Notes: generated by a model not told the origin, from the letters alone. Counted from the whole stretch's first letter, positions 22,625 to 36,453 are shown. The stretch: 63,352 nucleotides of DNA, filler included, from Dimargaris cristalligena (GCA_003614675.1; 22 parts of 22 records of this genome joined end to end with filler, not necessarily neighbours in it), one strand, 5' to 3'. Numbers and translations are program-made.

Positions 22625-24333
22625 ACTCATCTTGCTTAATTTGGCTATGTTATACACCATATTTATTTAGTATTTTAGCTATCGGTATTTTATAAGTGTG
22701 TCCTGACACTGAATATATTTAAAAGCTGAAATAAAAAATTGCCAAGTTATACTTAGCACTAGTGTTCAATACCACCATTTCCACAAATCTTCCCCCGACC
22801 TTATCAACCATTACGTAATTTTAAGTCGCGGTATCTTACTGACCAGTGATTGAGATAGTTTTTCTCCCAGTTTGTTTCGTACTTCAGCGTATTTCATAGG
22901 CGGATCATCGGGCACCCGTTTCATGTTTAATTAATGCAGCCTGCACTACTGGGGCTTTTTGTATGCTTATACGTGTACGAATACAGCCATACCACGCTCC
23001 AATGGAGTACTGAAAAGCCGAGTAAAGGTTAGGTTGTAATTGGGCTAGGGTAGGTCAAAACGCCCGACGGGAATGGGGGATATAAAAAGTAGTTGGTCAT
23101 TGGGGAAAATATATTGATANNNNNNNNNNNNNNNNNNNNNNNNNNNNNNNNNNNNNNNNNNNNTTAATTAATTAANNNNNNNNNNNNNNNNNNNNNNNNN
23201 NNNNNNNNNNNNNNNNNNNATGAACATGGTGGCTATATTGGGTATGTCCTAGAGTGTATTGGTAGCGAAAAAACAAGGGAGGTTCAATGTAATATGGTAT
23301 GGAGGGTGGTAGATATAGTAGAGATATGGATATATATATATAAACGCAGGTAGTAGAAGCTAGTGAAGCGACCAACGGTTTTATGACTCCTCCAGCCTGG
23401 ACTATTAATAAATGTGTAATAATAAGGTTGGATTTAATGGTCGCCCGTTTTTTTCCACCTGGTATTAGAGATAAACCCAGTTGGCCATCCGTTGATATCT
23501 GGGCCTAAGGTGAGTCACACCAGCCACATAGCATCCAGCTCCCACATGCATGGCTTAATTAGGAGCAGTAGTAGGCCGCGAGGTTGCACGTGATTTATTG
23601 GAGAGCACTGGGCTGGGGGGTCTGCAATACCATACAGCGCATTGTATATGTATAGAGTAGGGAACTCCATTCGCCCATACACTACGGTAGCCGACTGGTA
23701 ACTGGGAGAGAGAAATCAAGGGTTTATTATTCCGACCTTCCTTTTTATGGGGCAAATCGGTGAACGACACCACACATAGGGCCTAATAATGCCGGGCTAT
23801 GGTTTCCAATAGGGGAAGGGAATGGCTGCAGCATAAGAGAGAGAGTCGGTGTACTCGTCAGCACTCCAGCCTTAAACTACGATGCAGCAAACTATTAAAT
23901 GGTACGATGAGGAGGACAGGCAACAGTCCTGTTTCCGAGGAGGAGCAGAAGGGGCCAACCCCCCTCCTCCTCCCTTCTGTGCAGTGTGGGCTGTGTGACC
24001 CCAACGCCAGATGTACCATCTTCTCTCTCCCTTCTACTTTGCCAAGTCAGGCGGGGACCCGAACATGTTCCTTGTCCCACTTCGGGGCTACTTTTCCTGT
24101 GCCGTAGTCACTCACCCATAACCCAGTGCCAGAAGCATCGCTTTCCTTCAGTTGTCTACCTCCTGCTTAACTTAAGCTATTAGTGTCGGTGTGCTACTTG
24201 TCGTTGTTGCTTCCATTGACTGCTCATTCTTCTCAATTTAGTTCTCGAACACATACATACATAGAGACATACACTGTTTGTCCGTCTTCCAATTGACCCC
24301 CCCCGTTTCTTCCCCCCTTACACATTCCTCCCC

Positions 24334-24831
24334 ATGGACACCGACGGCGCCTCCAACAACGAACTCCTCTTGGCCGCCTGCAAGCAAGACCAGGATGACA
24401 TGCTCAACGATGTCCTCGGTCAGCCCAGCACGTTTGCCATCAATTGCACCGATGCCATGGGCAACACCCCCCTCCATTACGCCGCGCAGTGCGGTAGTCT
24501 CGACTGCCTTAAAATTCTGCTAACTCACCCCAACACCACGGGCCTGGACGTCAACCCCCGCAACCGCATCGAAGGGGATACGCCAATGCACAAGGCCGTG
24601 ATTTACGCCGATGACCCAGCCGTCGCCTTCGATATGGTCAAATTGCTGCTCGATGCCGGAGCGGACCCGAACGCCCGTAATAAACTAAGCCAGAAACCCG
24701 TGCAGCTCGTACCCCCCGGGTTCCGGGAAATGAAGGATTGGCTGGAAAAAGCCGAGCTGGCCACCCAGATTGATATGAGCGAAGTGGCCGTGGATGACGA
24801 TAGTAGTTCGGACGGTGAAATCAGCGACTAG
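24334..24831 (+). CDS. Small ankyrin-repeat protein with acidic tail (fungal YCR051W-like)
   Basis: GNTPLHYAA, GDTPMHKAV, VKLLLDAGADPNARN and a DDDSSSDGEISD tail, with GC3-rich codons. Confidence 0.88.
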   Translation: MDTDGASNNELLLAACKQDQDDMLNDVLGQPSTFAINCTDAMGNTPLHYAAQCGSLDCLKILLTHPNTTGLDVNPRNRIEGDTPMHKAVIYADDPAVAFDMVKLLLDAGADPNARNKLSQKPVQLVPPGFREMKDWLEKAELATQIDMSEVAVDDDSSSDGEISD

Positions 24832-25960
24832 CTCGGATTTGACCCCCCCACCCTACCCCATCACCCACAGGCATGCACTTATTGTAATGAATCTTGGCAT
24901 CAATATGCGCCATTCCATCATCCCCCCGACAATGAACCAGCAGTGGGACTTTCCAACACATGGTTGCTGAATAATGGGCATATTCCATAGTGCCTTACCC
25001 TTCCCGATTCCTTACCGCTACTACCTAATCAAACTTCGTCTATTCTGTCCTATCCTAAGAGTTAGAGAGAATTCCCTACTATCATTTATCTCCAATCACC
25101 CAATGCCCACTACACCTGTAAATCCGTTATTACTATGTACAATTCAACTGGTAGAAACTGTGCCTTCTGTGCCTCTTGTCTGAATGATATAATGGTAATC
25201 TTCCTATTCTGCGGTGGCTATTCGCATACTAGACTTTGGTTTAATCCGGTGATTCAGATGTTGATATATAATTTATGTATATCGACATGTGTACCATCCA
25301 TCTTTTATGCAGCCGTGCTTTCACTAGACCCGAATAAAGCTAGTTATAACCAACCCTTGTTGAATGGCCTAATATTAAATACTTACAATATGTCGGTTCG
25401 GTAGCTCACGGTGGCAAACCGTATATCGTTAAGTATACCAAGGTTTATACAACGAATACCCACAAATAGTTGGCCCAGCTACGGTGTTTGGAGGTATCCG
25501 ATCCCGACTTAAGCTGTTTGCAGCTATTAATTCTTATAACGCCGAGCTTTTAAAATAAAATCCGAGCAGATATCTCTACAGTCTACTGGAGACCTACGAT
25601 ATCACATGTTTTAGTTGTTGACGAATCACGTGTTCTGATACTGTCAAATTAAGACTATAGTATATACAGCAAACCAATAATACCTAGACAACAGTTAACA
25701 TGCCGCAAATTTCTCAATCGAAAGAGATATAGCAACTAGAAAACAAAAAAATATGTAAACAGGCATAAAGGGGTACACGTTAGCAGAAAATAAATATACG
25801 GATTGCCCCATTCAGGACATACCGGCGTCCTAAAATGGTTAAATACATACAATTTGATTTACCAATCGGATTCTCGTCCATCCCCTCTCCCGCACATCTT
25901 TTACAAAATAGGTCCTATTCCACGCCTTCATCAATGACAATCAGGATCAACAAAAAGTAA

Positions 25961-26015
25961 TGCCGTTGGCAGGAATCGAACCTGCGTCGGCGCGGCCACA
26001 ACGCGATGTACTGCC
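25961..26015 (-). tRNA. tRNA-His(GTG), 5'-truncated by the contig end
   Basis: The minus strand reads GGCAGTACATCGCGTT-GTG-GCCGCGCCGAC-GCAGGTTCGATTCCTGC-CAACGGCA. The anticodon arm and T arm (GTTCGA) are present, followed by a TTTTT Pol III terminator. Confidence 0.9.
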
Positions 26016-26115
26016 NNNNNNNNNNNNNNNNNNNNNNNNNNNNNNNNNNNNNNNNNNNNTTAATTAATTAANNNNNNNNNNNNNNNNNNNNNNNNNNNNN
26101 NNNNNNNNNNNNNNN

Positions 26116-26914
26116 TATAATCAGGATAAGCTAAGAGGGGGGTACTACTTAATTGATGATGTAATGATTCAAAAGCTGACTGACACTCAGGTGTCCAAAT
26201 GAGTTCTTTTGGTTTGTTACGAAGTGCACTGGTAAGTGGTGCCACAATAAAAGAATAGTTAGCAATGAATTTTCGGTAATAATTGGTGAGTCCTAAAAAG
26301 GATTGTAAAGTTTTAACAGTAGTAGGTACAGGAAAAGTTTGCATAGCTTGAACTTTGCGGGGATCTACAGATATTCCTACAGCAGAAATGATATGGCCTA
26401 AATATTCTAAAGAGGTTTGGCCAAAGACACATTTAGCAAGGTTGGCGTAAAGGTGATGTTGTTCTAATAGGGTTAGAACTTGTCGTAAATGTTGTTGATG
26501 TGTACTTTCATCTGGGCTGTAAATAAGAATATCATCTAGGTAAACCATGGTGAACTTATCAAGGAAGGGGTGAAGTACTCCATTCATAAGAGTTTGAAAA
26601 GTAGCGGGGGCATTAGTTAAACCAAAAGGTAATACAAGGAATTCAAATTGGCCATACCTAGTATTAAAAGCAGTTTTAGGAATATCCGGTGGATGAATAC
26701 GAATTTGATGATATCCTGATTTTAAATCGATTTTAGAAAATATGCGAGCACCAGCTAGACGAGCAAAAGTTTCGTCAATATGAGGTAGGGGATATCAATT
26801 TTTTACCGTTTTTGAGTTTAGGGCCCAATAATCAATACACATTCGATGAGATCCATCTTTTTTAGGGACAAAGATGGCGGGAGCACCCCAAGGGGAGGCT
26901 CCTGGTTGAATCCA
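26116..26914 (-). mobile_element. Ty3/Gypsy reverse transcriptase (decayed), inverted relative to its own RNase H/integrase
   Basis: [33 protein letters not shown]...KN*YPLP...DLKSGYHQIRI...PFGLTNAPATFQ...VYLDDILIYS. Confidence 0.93.
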
Positions 26915-28245
26915 AAAAATTGTCTGATCCCGAATCCCGTTATGCTCCTCATGAATTAGAATTATATACAGTTATTCATGCTTTAAAAATTTGGTGTCAC
27001 TACCTATACAACCATCCTTTTACTGTTCACACTGATCATAGAGGTCTCTAGTTTCTTTCTACCACACCTAAAATTCCCATCCACCTACATCATTGGCTTA
27101 AACTTCTTCTAGATTTTGACCCTGATATTAAGTATTTACCAGGAGCTAAACAAGTTGTTGCAGATGCACTCTCCCAATGTCATGAAACCCCAATTACTAG
27201 TCAACTTACCTCTATAACTACTACCCTAGATCAATTACCCACTGATTGGCCACAATACATGACACAACTCCTACGACGGGAACCATTACCACCGGATATT
27301 TCTATTACCACTCGGGAACATTTGGATCGGGAAATATCCCACTTCACATTAGATCCAGTATCAGGCTCCCTATGTCGACTCATTAATGGAAAACCAGTAC
27401 CCTATATTGACCCTACTGCTCGCAATCACTGGATTTGACAATTTCATGATAATTATGGACATGAAGGGTATCAAAGCACCCATTACCAATTACAAACACG
27501 AGTATGGTGGCCACAGCTTCTTAGTTCAGTTCACCAATTTGTTCGTGCTTGTCCCCATTGTCAAATCCATCATCGAGCATATCCTTTTACCACTGTCGAA
27601 CCGACACCCCCTGATCCAGTGGCCCAACCTTTAGATCAATGGGCCCTTGATTTTGTAGGACCCCTTATTACCTCTGCAATGGGTAACAAATATATTATTA
27701 CAGCTATTGACCAAGCTACCGGATTTCCCATTTGTAAAGCTGTTCCTGAAGCTACTGCCGAAATTGCTAAATCCTTTTTAAGTAATGATATTATATCTAT
27801 TTTTGGTTTACCTCGAGAAATACTTACTGATCGAGGTACCCAGTTTATGAGTCATAGTTTTGAATCCTTTTTACAAAATCATAATATCCATCATTTAACT
27901 ACTTCTGCTTACCATCCACAAACAAATGGTCGAGTGGAACGATTCCATGCGGAACTCAAAGGAGCTATTACACGTCAAAACACTGGAGCACGTCGAAACT
28001 GGGATACCTTTTTGCACACAGTACTATTAGCCATCCGGACTCGCTATTCTCGGGTAACACAAAGTACACCATATTATTTGGTGTTTGGCCGTCACCCTCG
28101 GATACCTGGTGACCAAATTTTACTATTATTACCAGAGTCAGATATCAACATATTACAACACCATGCTCGACAACATATAACTAGTGTTCAAGAACATCGC
28201 AAACATGTGTTTTCAATTTGCCAACTCACACAGGCTTGTACCTGA
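26906..28245 (+). mobile_element. Ty3/Gypsy RNase H + integrase (decayed)
   Basis: [19 protein letters not shown]...FTVHTDHRGL*, VADALS, an HHCC finger (H..NYGH...CPHC), and core WALDFVGPL, ILTDRGTQF and YHPQTNGRVER. A possible PPT GGGGAGAATGG lies at 28515. Confidence 0.92.
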
Positions 28246-29416
28246 CAACGATTTTGGAATAATCAACCCTGACCTCACCAGTTCAAAGTCAACAATGCAT
28301 TTTATTACGAGATCCCACAGCTCGATCCTTACAATCCCACTGGTTTGGACCATTTTGAATCCACCAGGTTCTACAATATAACATGTATCTGTTAATGTCA
28401 CCTAACATGACCATCAGTCCCATTCCTATCCACACCTCCCACTTGAAACCAGCTGTAGTATCAGATGCTAACTATCGCGCCTAGCATTTACCCCCGCAGT
28501 ATATACGCACCCTTGGGGAGAATGGTGTTGTGGTAGGATCTGAGACTACTTAGTTAGCTGCAGTATTTTTTTATTAATCAGTTCTCTTTACTATATCCTT
28601 TTATCAATGAAGTCTCGATTTATTATTTTACAGCCTTGCAATATCATAGCAAGTAAGAGATACATCAAATATCACTTGCATTTATATTTGATATCATCAT
28701 TAGCCAGATATATTCGTAAAACTCATCATTATTTATCAACCCCAACAGTAATACTATGTAGGTTGAACTTCAACCACTTTCTAAGTATAAATACCTTCAA
28801 GAATCACAACTCTTAATAAAACATCTCTTTTTTTCATTCTTCTGAACTGTACCAGTAGTTTTACCTACAGATATCTTGGATTAATTTTACTATACTTTTT
28901 AATTATTCCNNNNNNNNNNNNNNNNNNNNNNNNNNNNNNNNNNNNNNNNNNNNTTAATTAATTAANNNNNNNNNNNNNNNNNNNNNNNNNNNNNNNNNNN
29001 NNNNNNNNNCATACACATATCAGTTAAACCCTTATACAGCCAAGCTGAACTTCACCCATATCATTGCATCATATATCCAATGTAGCTATTTGTCGGTGTA
29101 AGGTGCGTTAGGTCACCACTATACTGCCACAGGTGAGTCGCTCATATATTTTGCTCCGTGAATAGGGGCCTCCACCCACCGCCACTTCCTCTTCAGCCTC
29201 TTCCTCGAATATATAACCTCACGGGGTTCCCTCTAGCTTCGATAAACCCTATCCATGACCTACTCACCTGATTTTATTCAGTTTCTGCCTACACTTTTTT
29301 TTACACCTGCCTCTCCTAATTATACTCCGCCATTTGGAATAATTCAATATTGGCCATTCGATTATAGCTGCTTCCAATCCCTCGCCCATCCCGCCCCTTA
29401 CTTCCGTTCGTTGATA

Positions 29417-30856
29417 ATGAAGTCGTACCTTGTTCCCATTTCTGTTAGGCCTGGCTATAGCTCAAGCTGCGGTCGGTCGTCCCAAGCCCGTGGAAGAAGT
29501 GATGGGTAATGGTGGGAAAGACAGCAATCGTCCAGCTAAAATTGACCAACTTAACACCACTCCGTCGGAACTTATCCATGAAATTCTAGACCGCTTGCCA
29601 GCTGAAGGCCTAGTGCAAATGTCCCAGGTTGATAGGCGTTTGCACACTATTATCAACCAACACCCGGAAAGTCAGACATATTTAAAAGTGAGTTCACAGG
29701 TATTATCTGAAACTATGATACCCCGCTGAATTACAGGCAAATGATCGGTATCTCTGTGTATTTAATTTTATAGATAGCCGCTATTGTATTAGCCACTGAC
29801 CAATCCCCCTTATCTAATCCTAAGCGCGTTCTGTTATTTTCTTTTAAACTCATATAATCTATTGTTGGACAATGGGCAAAGGTCGATCAGATAATTTCTA
29901 ATGATATCCCACTCACCTTGAACACCCTACAAACGATTTTTCCAATGCAGCCAATGAGTACACTCATGGCTGTCGGTTGGATTCGTAGTGGTGGTCATTA
30001 TAAAAAAAGTAGTGAGTATCACAATGTGGTAGACTATGAGGCCGAATTACAGTACCGGCAATTTATCATTAATCCCTCCAAACTGAAAGCTATTAAAGCG
30101 GAGTGGGCGTACCTGGACTATACACAGATAAGTGATGCCCAGCGACTGGTTCTTTTTCCCATACTACATTTATTGCCGAGATTGTCCGTGGATAATATAA
30201 TGAGCATTTTCTCGAGCGTTAAAAAACTATTTCAAGAAGAAACACTGGTCCAGGCTATTGAAAACTTGTATCAAGACGACAAACTACTCAAATCAATCAT
30301 TGGAGACGGCGGCAGCATAAAGCGTATGGAAATCCAAAGCCATTCCCTAAGACAGATCGTGGCCAGTATCAGTGCGGCCCTCATCGTTACCCGTCAACAT
30401 GACAAGTTGCATGAATTATTAGGCAAAATGGCGAATGCTGACTTTTATCCAATGCTCAACTACCCGGCCATGTTGCTTTTAGAGTTTGCCACTTACCCCG
30501 CCGATCAAGAGGATACCATAGCTAAAAAAATCAACTGGAATTGTCGATATGCCGGTGTTTTGGGATTTCAAACAGCCGAGGAAAAGTGCACACGTGCTCT
30601 TCAGGAGCGTACTTTAAATCCTCTTGCTCTACCTATGATGACGGGTGATGGAACTGTGTATCTACGTCGTAACTCCGGTGGTGTTCCTGAACTGGCCATC
30701 CGAGTTCGCCGCCCGATAGCCGAGGCATTGCTCAAAGCAAATGCAATCAGAGTGGATAATTTACCTTGGTCAGATAAGATGATTCTCAACAACCAGCTGC
30801 AGCTCATCAAATTTCGTAAAGGTATACCCCGCCCAAAACTATCCAGTCAACAATAA
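29417..30856 (+). CDS. Putative secreted F-box-like protein, one intron (donor 29688), with a 1-nt frameshift near 29429 (pseudogene or sequence error)
   Basis: MKSY joins LFPFLLGLAIAQAAVG (signal-like) if one C is removed. The F-box-like segment is LNTTPSELIHEILDRLPAEGLVQMSQVDRRLHTII. A GTGAGT donor follows TYLK, with an in-phase acceptor CAG at 29888-29890 leading into the long 3' exon. Confidence 0.6.
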
Positions 30857-32311
30857 ACCGGGCCGACCTTCGAATATCTATGAAATATACTCGGGGTTCT
30901 GCGTACCTGATGGTTACTCTTGTTGGATTAACCGCAAGTTCTCTCGTAGATGATAATCCGAGATTGATAATAAAGCTTATGTCAAAATTTAGATAAAGTA
31001 GGAAAGAACCACAAGGAGATGATTAAGCTCTCCGCGGTAGTTTTTATTAGAGAAAATCTGACCAATAGGAGGCCAGTAAGAATATGCCACATCAGGAAGA
31101 GTATTCCACACTCGGGATGAGATGGTTTTCTAACAACTCTATCTATACATTTACCTCACATTCAGTTCTAGAGACACAAATACATCTCACTCTTTAGCAA
31201 AACCAAATTCACTTCTTCTATTTTCCTCACAATTATTCTTCTAGTTTTCTTCCAATTTGGTATACATTTCCTTTTACTTATAGTGCCCTTGGTATAATAA
31301 ATTTATGGTGAATAAACCTAGCCTATGCCAATAATCACAGATGTTACAAAAGTATATGTAGTGGTGGGCAATTCCACCTTCAATATGCCAGAGCTGGGGG
31401 GATCAGTAAGACAGACTTGACATCCTTCTTAGGTTGTATTGATACCATGATAGAGAGTCCCAACTTGACAGGTTTGGGGATGCTTGGGTACACAAATTAG
31501 ATGGTCTCGGGGGCACTGATGCTCATGCTAGGCATTAGGTCTAAATATAGGGAACAAGTAAATATATTTGCTGAAGTATTTAAAATAATACTAATAAATA
31601 CAATTATTGCCTGGGTAAACTACTCTTAGTTCATTAAGTGTCCTAAGGATAGGCTTATAATGGTAGGCAGGGCTTAGACTCAGCCAAGCAGGCTACTAGT
31701 ATTAGGTACAGGTATGGTACAAACTAATAGAGGCTGTAGTGAACTTACCACATTTTTTACCTACTTTTATTTTTTATCTATTTTTTGCACTTATCAGAAG
31801 TACNNNNNNNNNNNNNNNNNNNNNNNNNNNNNNNNNNNNNNNNNNNNTTAATTAATTAANNNNNNNNNNNNNNNNNNNNNNNNNNNNNNNNNNNNNNNNN
31901 NNNTACAAGCGGAGGCTTCCATGGGAACTGGAAGACACTAAGATCACCTAGGAGTGAGTAGTGCGAACTCCGGGGGGGTCCGGCCAGTAAGATGATATAT
32001 ATGATGCCCGGCCCCATTAGGACTGGGGGTACAATATGGCACTATACGGCCTGCTATAATGGCAATCATTAGCGAATGGATTAGGTCAGATTAGGAGGGG
32101 TGACAATGCTGCCATTAATATAAATACCCAAGCAGTGGGCCTCCTAGAAAAGTCATTCACCACCACCACACCCCCTTGACTTTCCATCACTGGGGATATT
32201 TCCAACCTGCTCTTTCTCTCTCTCTCTCTCTCTCAAGTACAATATTCGACTCACCTCCTTTACAACCAACCTAAAATTGCTATTCCCTACCCTTTACTCA
32301 ACTGCTTCACC

Positions 32312-32806
32312 ATGAAGCTCACGCTAGCCCTGTTCACTGCCGCCACTGTGCAGTTGGTGTCCGCCGGAGCCCTTCCTACCAGTATCATGCCCACCACGAC
32401 CAACTTTGGCACCTCCCAATCCGGTGGACCCGCCTACACCCAATCGCCGGAAGCCTGGATAAAGGAAAACCCCACCAAACTTAACTATGTTAACGAGGCC
32501 AACTGGTCCGGAATCGAGCCCTCCTCCAAGCCCGGCAAGGAGAATCCCTCACCCTACATTGATGCTGCCGAATGCTGGAATCATACGCATATGGAACATT
32601 TAAATGAACTTGAGAAGCGTAAGGGTGGTGGTGGTGCCGGCGGTGGTGGTGGCGGTGGGGGCGGCGGTGGTAGTGGTGGTGGTGGTAGACGCTACCGCAA
32701 TAGGACCAGTAGTGCCAATATGCTTTATAATCCTTACACCGGTCTACGACACATTAAAGATTACGCTACCAACCTATACAATCAAAATGGCTGGATTAGA
32801 AAATAG
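32312..32806 (+). CDS. Secreted prepro-protein with KR site and Gly-rich cationic C-terminal peptide
   Basis: Signal MKLTLALFTAATVQLVSA, then LEKR followed by KGGGGAGGGGGGGGGGGSGGGGRRYRNR. TATAAATA lies near 32119 and a CT-rich leader is upstream. Confidence 0.85.
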   Translation: MKLTLALFTAATVQLVSAGALPTSIMPTTTNFGTSQSGGPAYTQSPEAWIKENPTKLNYVNEANWSGIEPSSKPGKENPSPYIDAAECWNHTHMEHLNELEKRKGGGGAGGGGGGGGGGGSGGGGRRYRNRTSSANMLYNPYTGLRHIKDYATNLYNQNGWIRK

Positions 32807-34524
32807 CGGTCCGTACAGTATTCTAGGCTGCTAGGCATTGGAAGGGGTGCTCCCTGTTTAACTACTACCGAAAACGTTTTTTTATGTATTAGAAACTTTG
32901 GCTTTTATCTCTCTATCATTTTTGAAATAATGCTAATAAAGTAGCAATGGACTCGTGTTATAAACCAAAAAGTCTAGGGCTGGGGGCTATCCTAAGCGAT
33001 GAATGGCCGTGCCCTGGTGTGTGTTAGTTGTTGATGATCGGGCGAAGGTGCAGATTCACAATCATTGGTAGTAGGGAAAAATAGGGGTCTTGATAACACG
33101 ATTAAAATGGTTGGATTGGTAGCTCCATAAACGCGGTGTTTTTATAGGCAGTTGAATGGTTCTAATAAATAAGAGGAAGGTTCGTTTTAGTGTTACTATT
33201 GTGTTGGTGGGTTGCGTACCCACAGTATTTCATGGTGCAGGGTAGATTTGGCTGTTTAAAAGAGCCACTAATAACAGCAATCCCAAATACACCCCTGGTA
33301 ATGTAATTGCATATTAACTGGTGGTGGTGACGGGTGATTGCTAGTGTAATTAATAAAATGGGCTTAATCAAACAAGCCTGTCTGAATGGCCAATACCATG
33401 TAAGATGGGATTCTAATCATTAATAGTTAAATAATGGGTTATAATATATTTTAATGACAAGTGATGATTCGAGTGAGTTGCACAACTCATCCTATTTTTA
33501 TGTTAGCCTCCCATTTTTGTGGTCTTTTCAGAATAGACAGGGATTTCCAACTGTTGTCTAATAACATTTCACAATAAGCACACAGTAGTTATTTACCAAA
33601 TGTTAGTAAATCATTTTGAACATATCCCTAATTGTATATCTTTGACTAACTATTCCACATTCAGTTTAAAAACTTATTATGGTTATATAGTATATCTAAT
33701 TCAATAGAACTTGCCAATGCTGCTTACAGGTCTATTTGTCTATTAATAATATTTTGAGCTACTTAGGGTGGAACTCACAACTACTATTTGATTTGGAATC
33801 CCAGTATCTTTATTTTGATGTCTATGAATTGTTATCATCATGGAGCTCTATACAATACAATGCATCATTTGATCTATAGTATAATACCAACAGTTATTTC
33901 AATTAAATATATCTTTATTTCTTTGGATTCTGCTACTTAACTAGAAAAATACAAGGCTAAGTGATTTAATTGGTATATTCAAGTATATATCATCAAAATG
34001 TTAGAGTGGTAGGGTAAGCACAATGAAGTGTGATAATGGGTATTATTAGACTATCCAATCTACCTTAATCTGGCCAAATTAGACATCTGGCCCTTTTAGA
34101 CCTTGTAGCACCATACTAGCTTTCCCATAGTCACACTTAGTACCATGGGATTATCCATCATTACACATAACCTTTCCCCCACCCAGACTCCAACTCTCTA
34201 CACTAATTACTCAAGTACTGATCTATTAGATTCCTTTAGTTATCCTCTGAGTCTTCCAAATACTAGTAGCCATCCAGCTAGCCCATATACCTATTTATTA
34301 GTATTAGTAATATTCTCTCTTAGGACCTCCCCCTGTAGTTGTCCCCATATATATATAACCAGGTCCTATTAGGGCTAGTTAGGTTCCTTAGCTTATTCTG
34401 ACCCATTGTTTATTTAATAAACCTTATGTATATTTACTCCCCTTATATTAACTAGTAAGTATACTTCCTGCACATTATTTACTTATACTTATCACTATCT
34501 TTTATTAGTTAGCACTATACCCCT

Positions 34525-34696
34525 TATAAAGAACTGAAATCAAATCCTTGAAAACTGAACTTTATTTGATAAATAGATGATAAAAAGGGAAAGGTGATGA
34601 TAGACTTGCTGTTACAAGAGGTAGCAGCAAGGGGGAGTATTTATACTCAAAAGGGGAAGCCTAAATGAAAAGATAGATGAATAATAGAGAAAGGGA
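34525..34696 (+). mobile_element. LTR family B, partial copy
   Basis: Aligns with 63004 onward. The start TGTAAAGAAC is mutated to TATAAAGAAC. Confidence 0.85.
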
Positions 34697-36453
34697 NNNN
34701 NNNNNNNNNNNNNNNNNNNNNNNNNNNNNNNNNNNNNNNNTTAATTAATTAANNNNNNNNNNNNNNNNNNNNNNNNNNNNNNNNNNNNNNNNNNNNTCCC
34801 ATACACGTATAATGCAAACCCTTATATAGCTGGGCCGAATTTCACCCATATAGTGTCGACTAGCCGACTCTAACCGGGTAGTGTGTATAGATGGACTAGG
34901 CGAGCGGCTGAACCTAGAGCTGTTTTGAGTACAGAATACCGAGCCCCGGGGTGGGTGGTGTGCGTCTCGGGTGCCTCGTCAGCGGGAGTATTTTATAGCC
35001 GGGGATTGCCTGGTGATGGTTAAAAGCCTCGTATGGATGGCGCCAGTCCCTCAGTACGTACGGTAAGGAGGAGGTGAGGTGGGAACAATGGGCTGGTCTT
35101 GGCAAAGACTGTGGTGGCCTTGGCGTGCTCCGGATAATCCCCACCGTATTTCCCATTGGCCGTGGCTATGGGAACCGAAACCTACTAAAGGATAATCCCT
35201 CATTAGTCCAACGGATGACTGGGCCACGGCCGGTTCCTTTTCGACCCCCTCACTTAGGGGGCCTGCGCATCTCCCAGTTAGTCAATTTCCTCCGTATGAC
35301 CATCAAATTTGCCATCTCTCTCTCTCCCCCTTTTGGTCTCTAGAGGAGGGGGGGGATGTTCGCATTGGGTAATTGGTTGCATACTATGCTATAGGTGAAC
35401 CCCACCTCCCCTGTTTAGGATTTTGCATGTAATGGATCCGGTAAATTAAATGGTAAATGTTCTTTTTAGCCCATAAAGTCGGTCTGTTTCAGGTGGATTT
35501 GGTGTTATACAGCTCAATTGAACTTCTCCCAGAAGTTTCCGAGTAGGTGTGTAATAGGCTCGGCGCAGTCTAGCGGAATAAGTATCGGGGCAAGTTATTG
35601 GTATAGTTATTTATCGAGCCAGATGGATGGTCAGCAGCAGCTATTGGGGCCGGCCGACTAACCAGTCAAAGGCCCACCTGGAAACGGATATGACTGGTGG
35701 AAATTTAATAGCCCCGAGAACACAAGAAGGCACGAGTGTATACAGAATGAGTGGGGAGACGTATTGATTTGCTTTGGCATACTGCCGCTCAATGGGATGA
35801 TCAGCCCCCTAATATTTCCCCTATGCCCGGGCATACGAATTCCCGGGACGCTGTTCGCGCCCATGCAAACCTAGTGTTGGTCTAAAAATAACCCCGCCTA
35901 TTTTAAATGCGCTTATAAATTTAACCACGGAGGGGGGGGATTCCACCCAGAGTACGCTATTAATAATCACCATGGGGACACCGCCACGGCTAGTAGTAAA
36001 GTTAGGGCTATTTAAGTTTATATCATTAGAACATGCTAATCGGTGGGAATTAACGGGGGCAAGGAAGTGGTATATACACGGGACAGAACCGAGGGGATAT
36101 TAAGTTGGCGATGGAAGAAGGGGTAATACGCGGATCTAGAGGGGTCATGGGTCGAAAGGGAGGGGGGCAGATTAGCATCAGCGCCAGGCTTTTGAAAATA
36201 CTTTCTAAGTAAATAAATGAATAAATTAAGCTAATTAAAATAATGGAATGTAAAAGAAATCAACCCATCGACAAGATAGAATGGACATGCAAATGGTATG
36301 GTAAAACAAAAAAAATAAAAAGTAGAAATGGCGTATTTAGCGGACGGGGCAAACGAGGAATGAGAGTAAAGGCACAAGTAGGCCCCCCAAAAATACATGG
36401 GAGTAGACGACCTGGGGGCTAGCGGGTACGAATATGCGGCGTATGAGTGGCGG

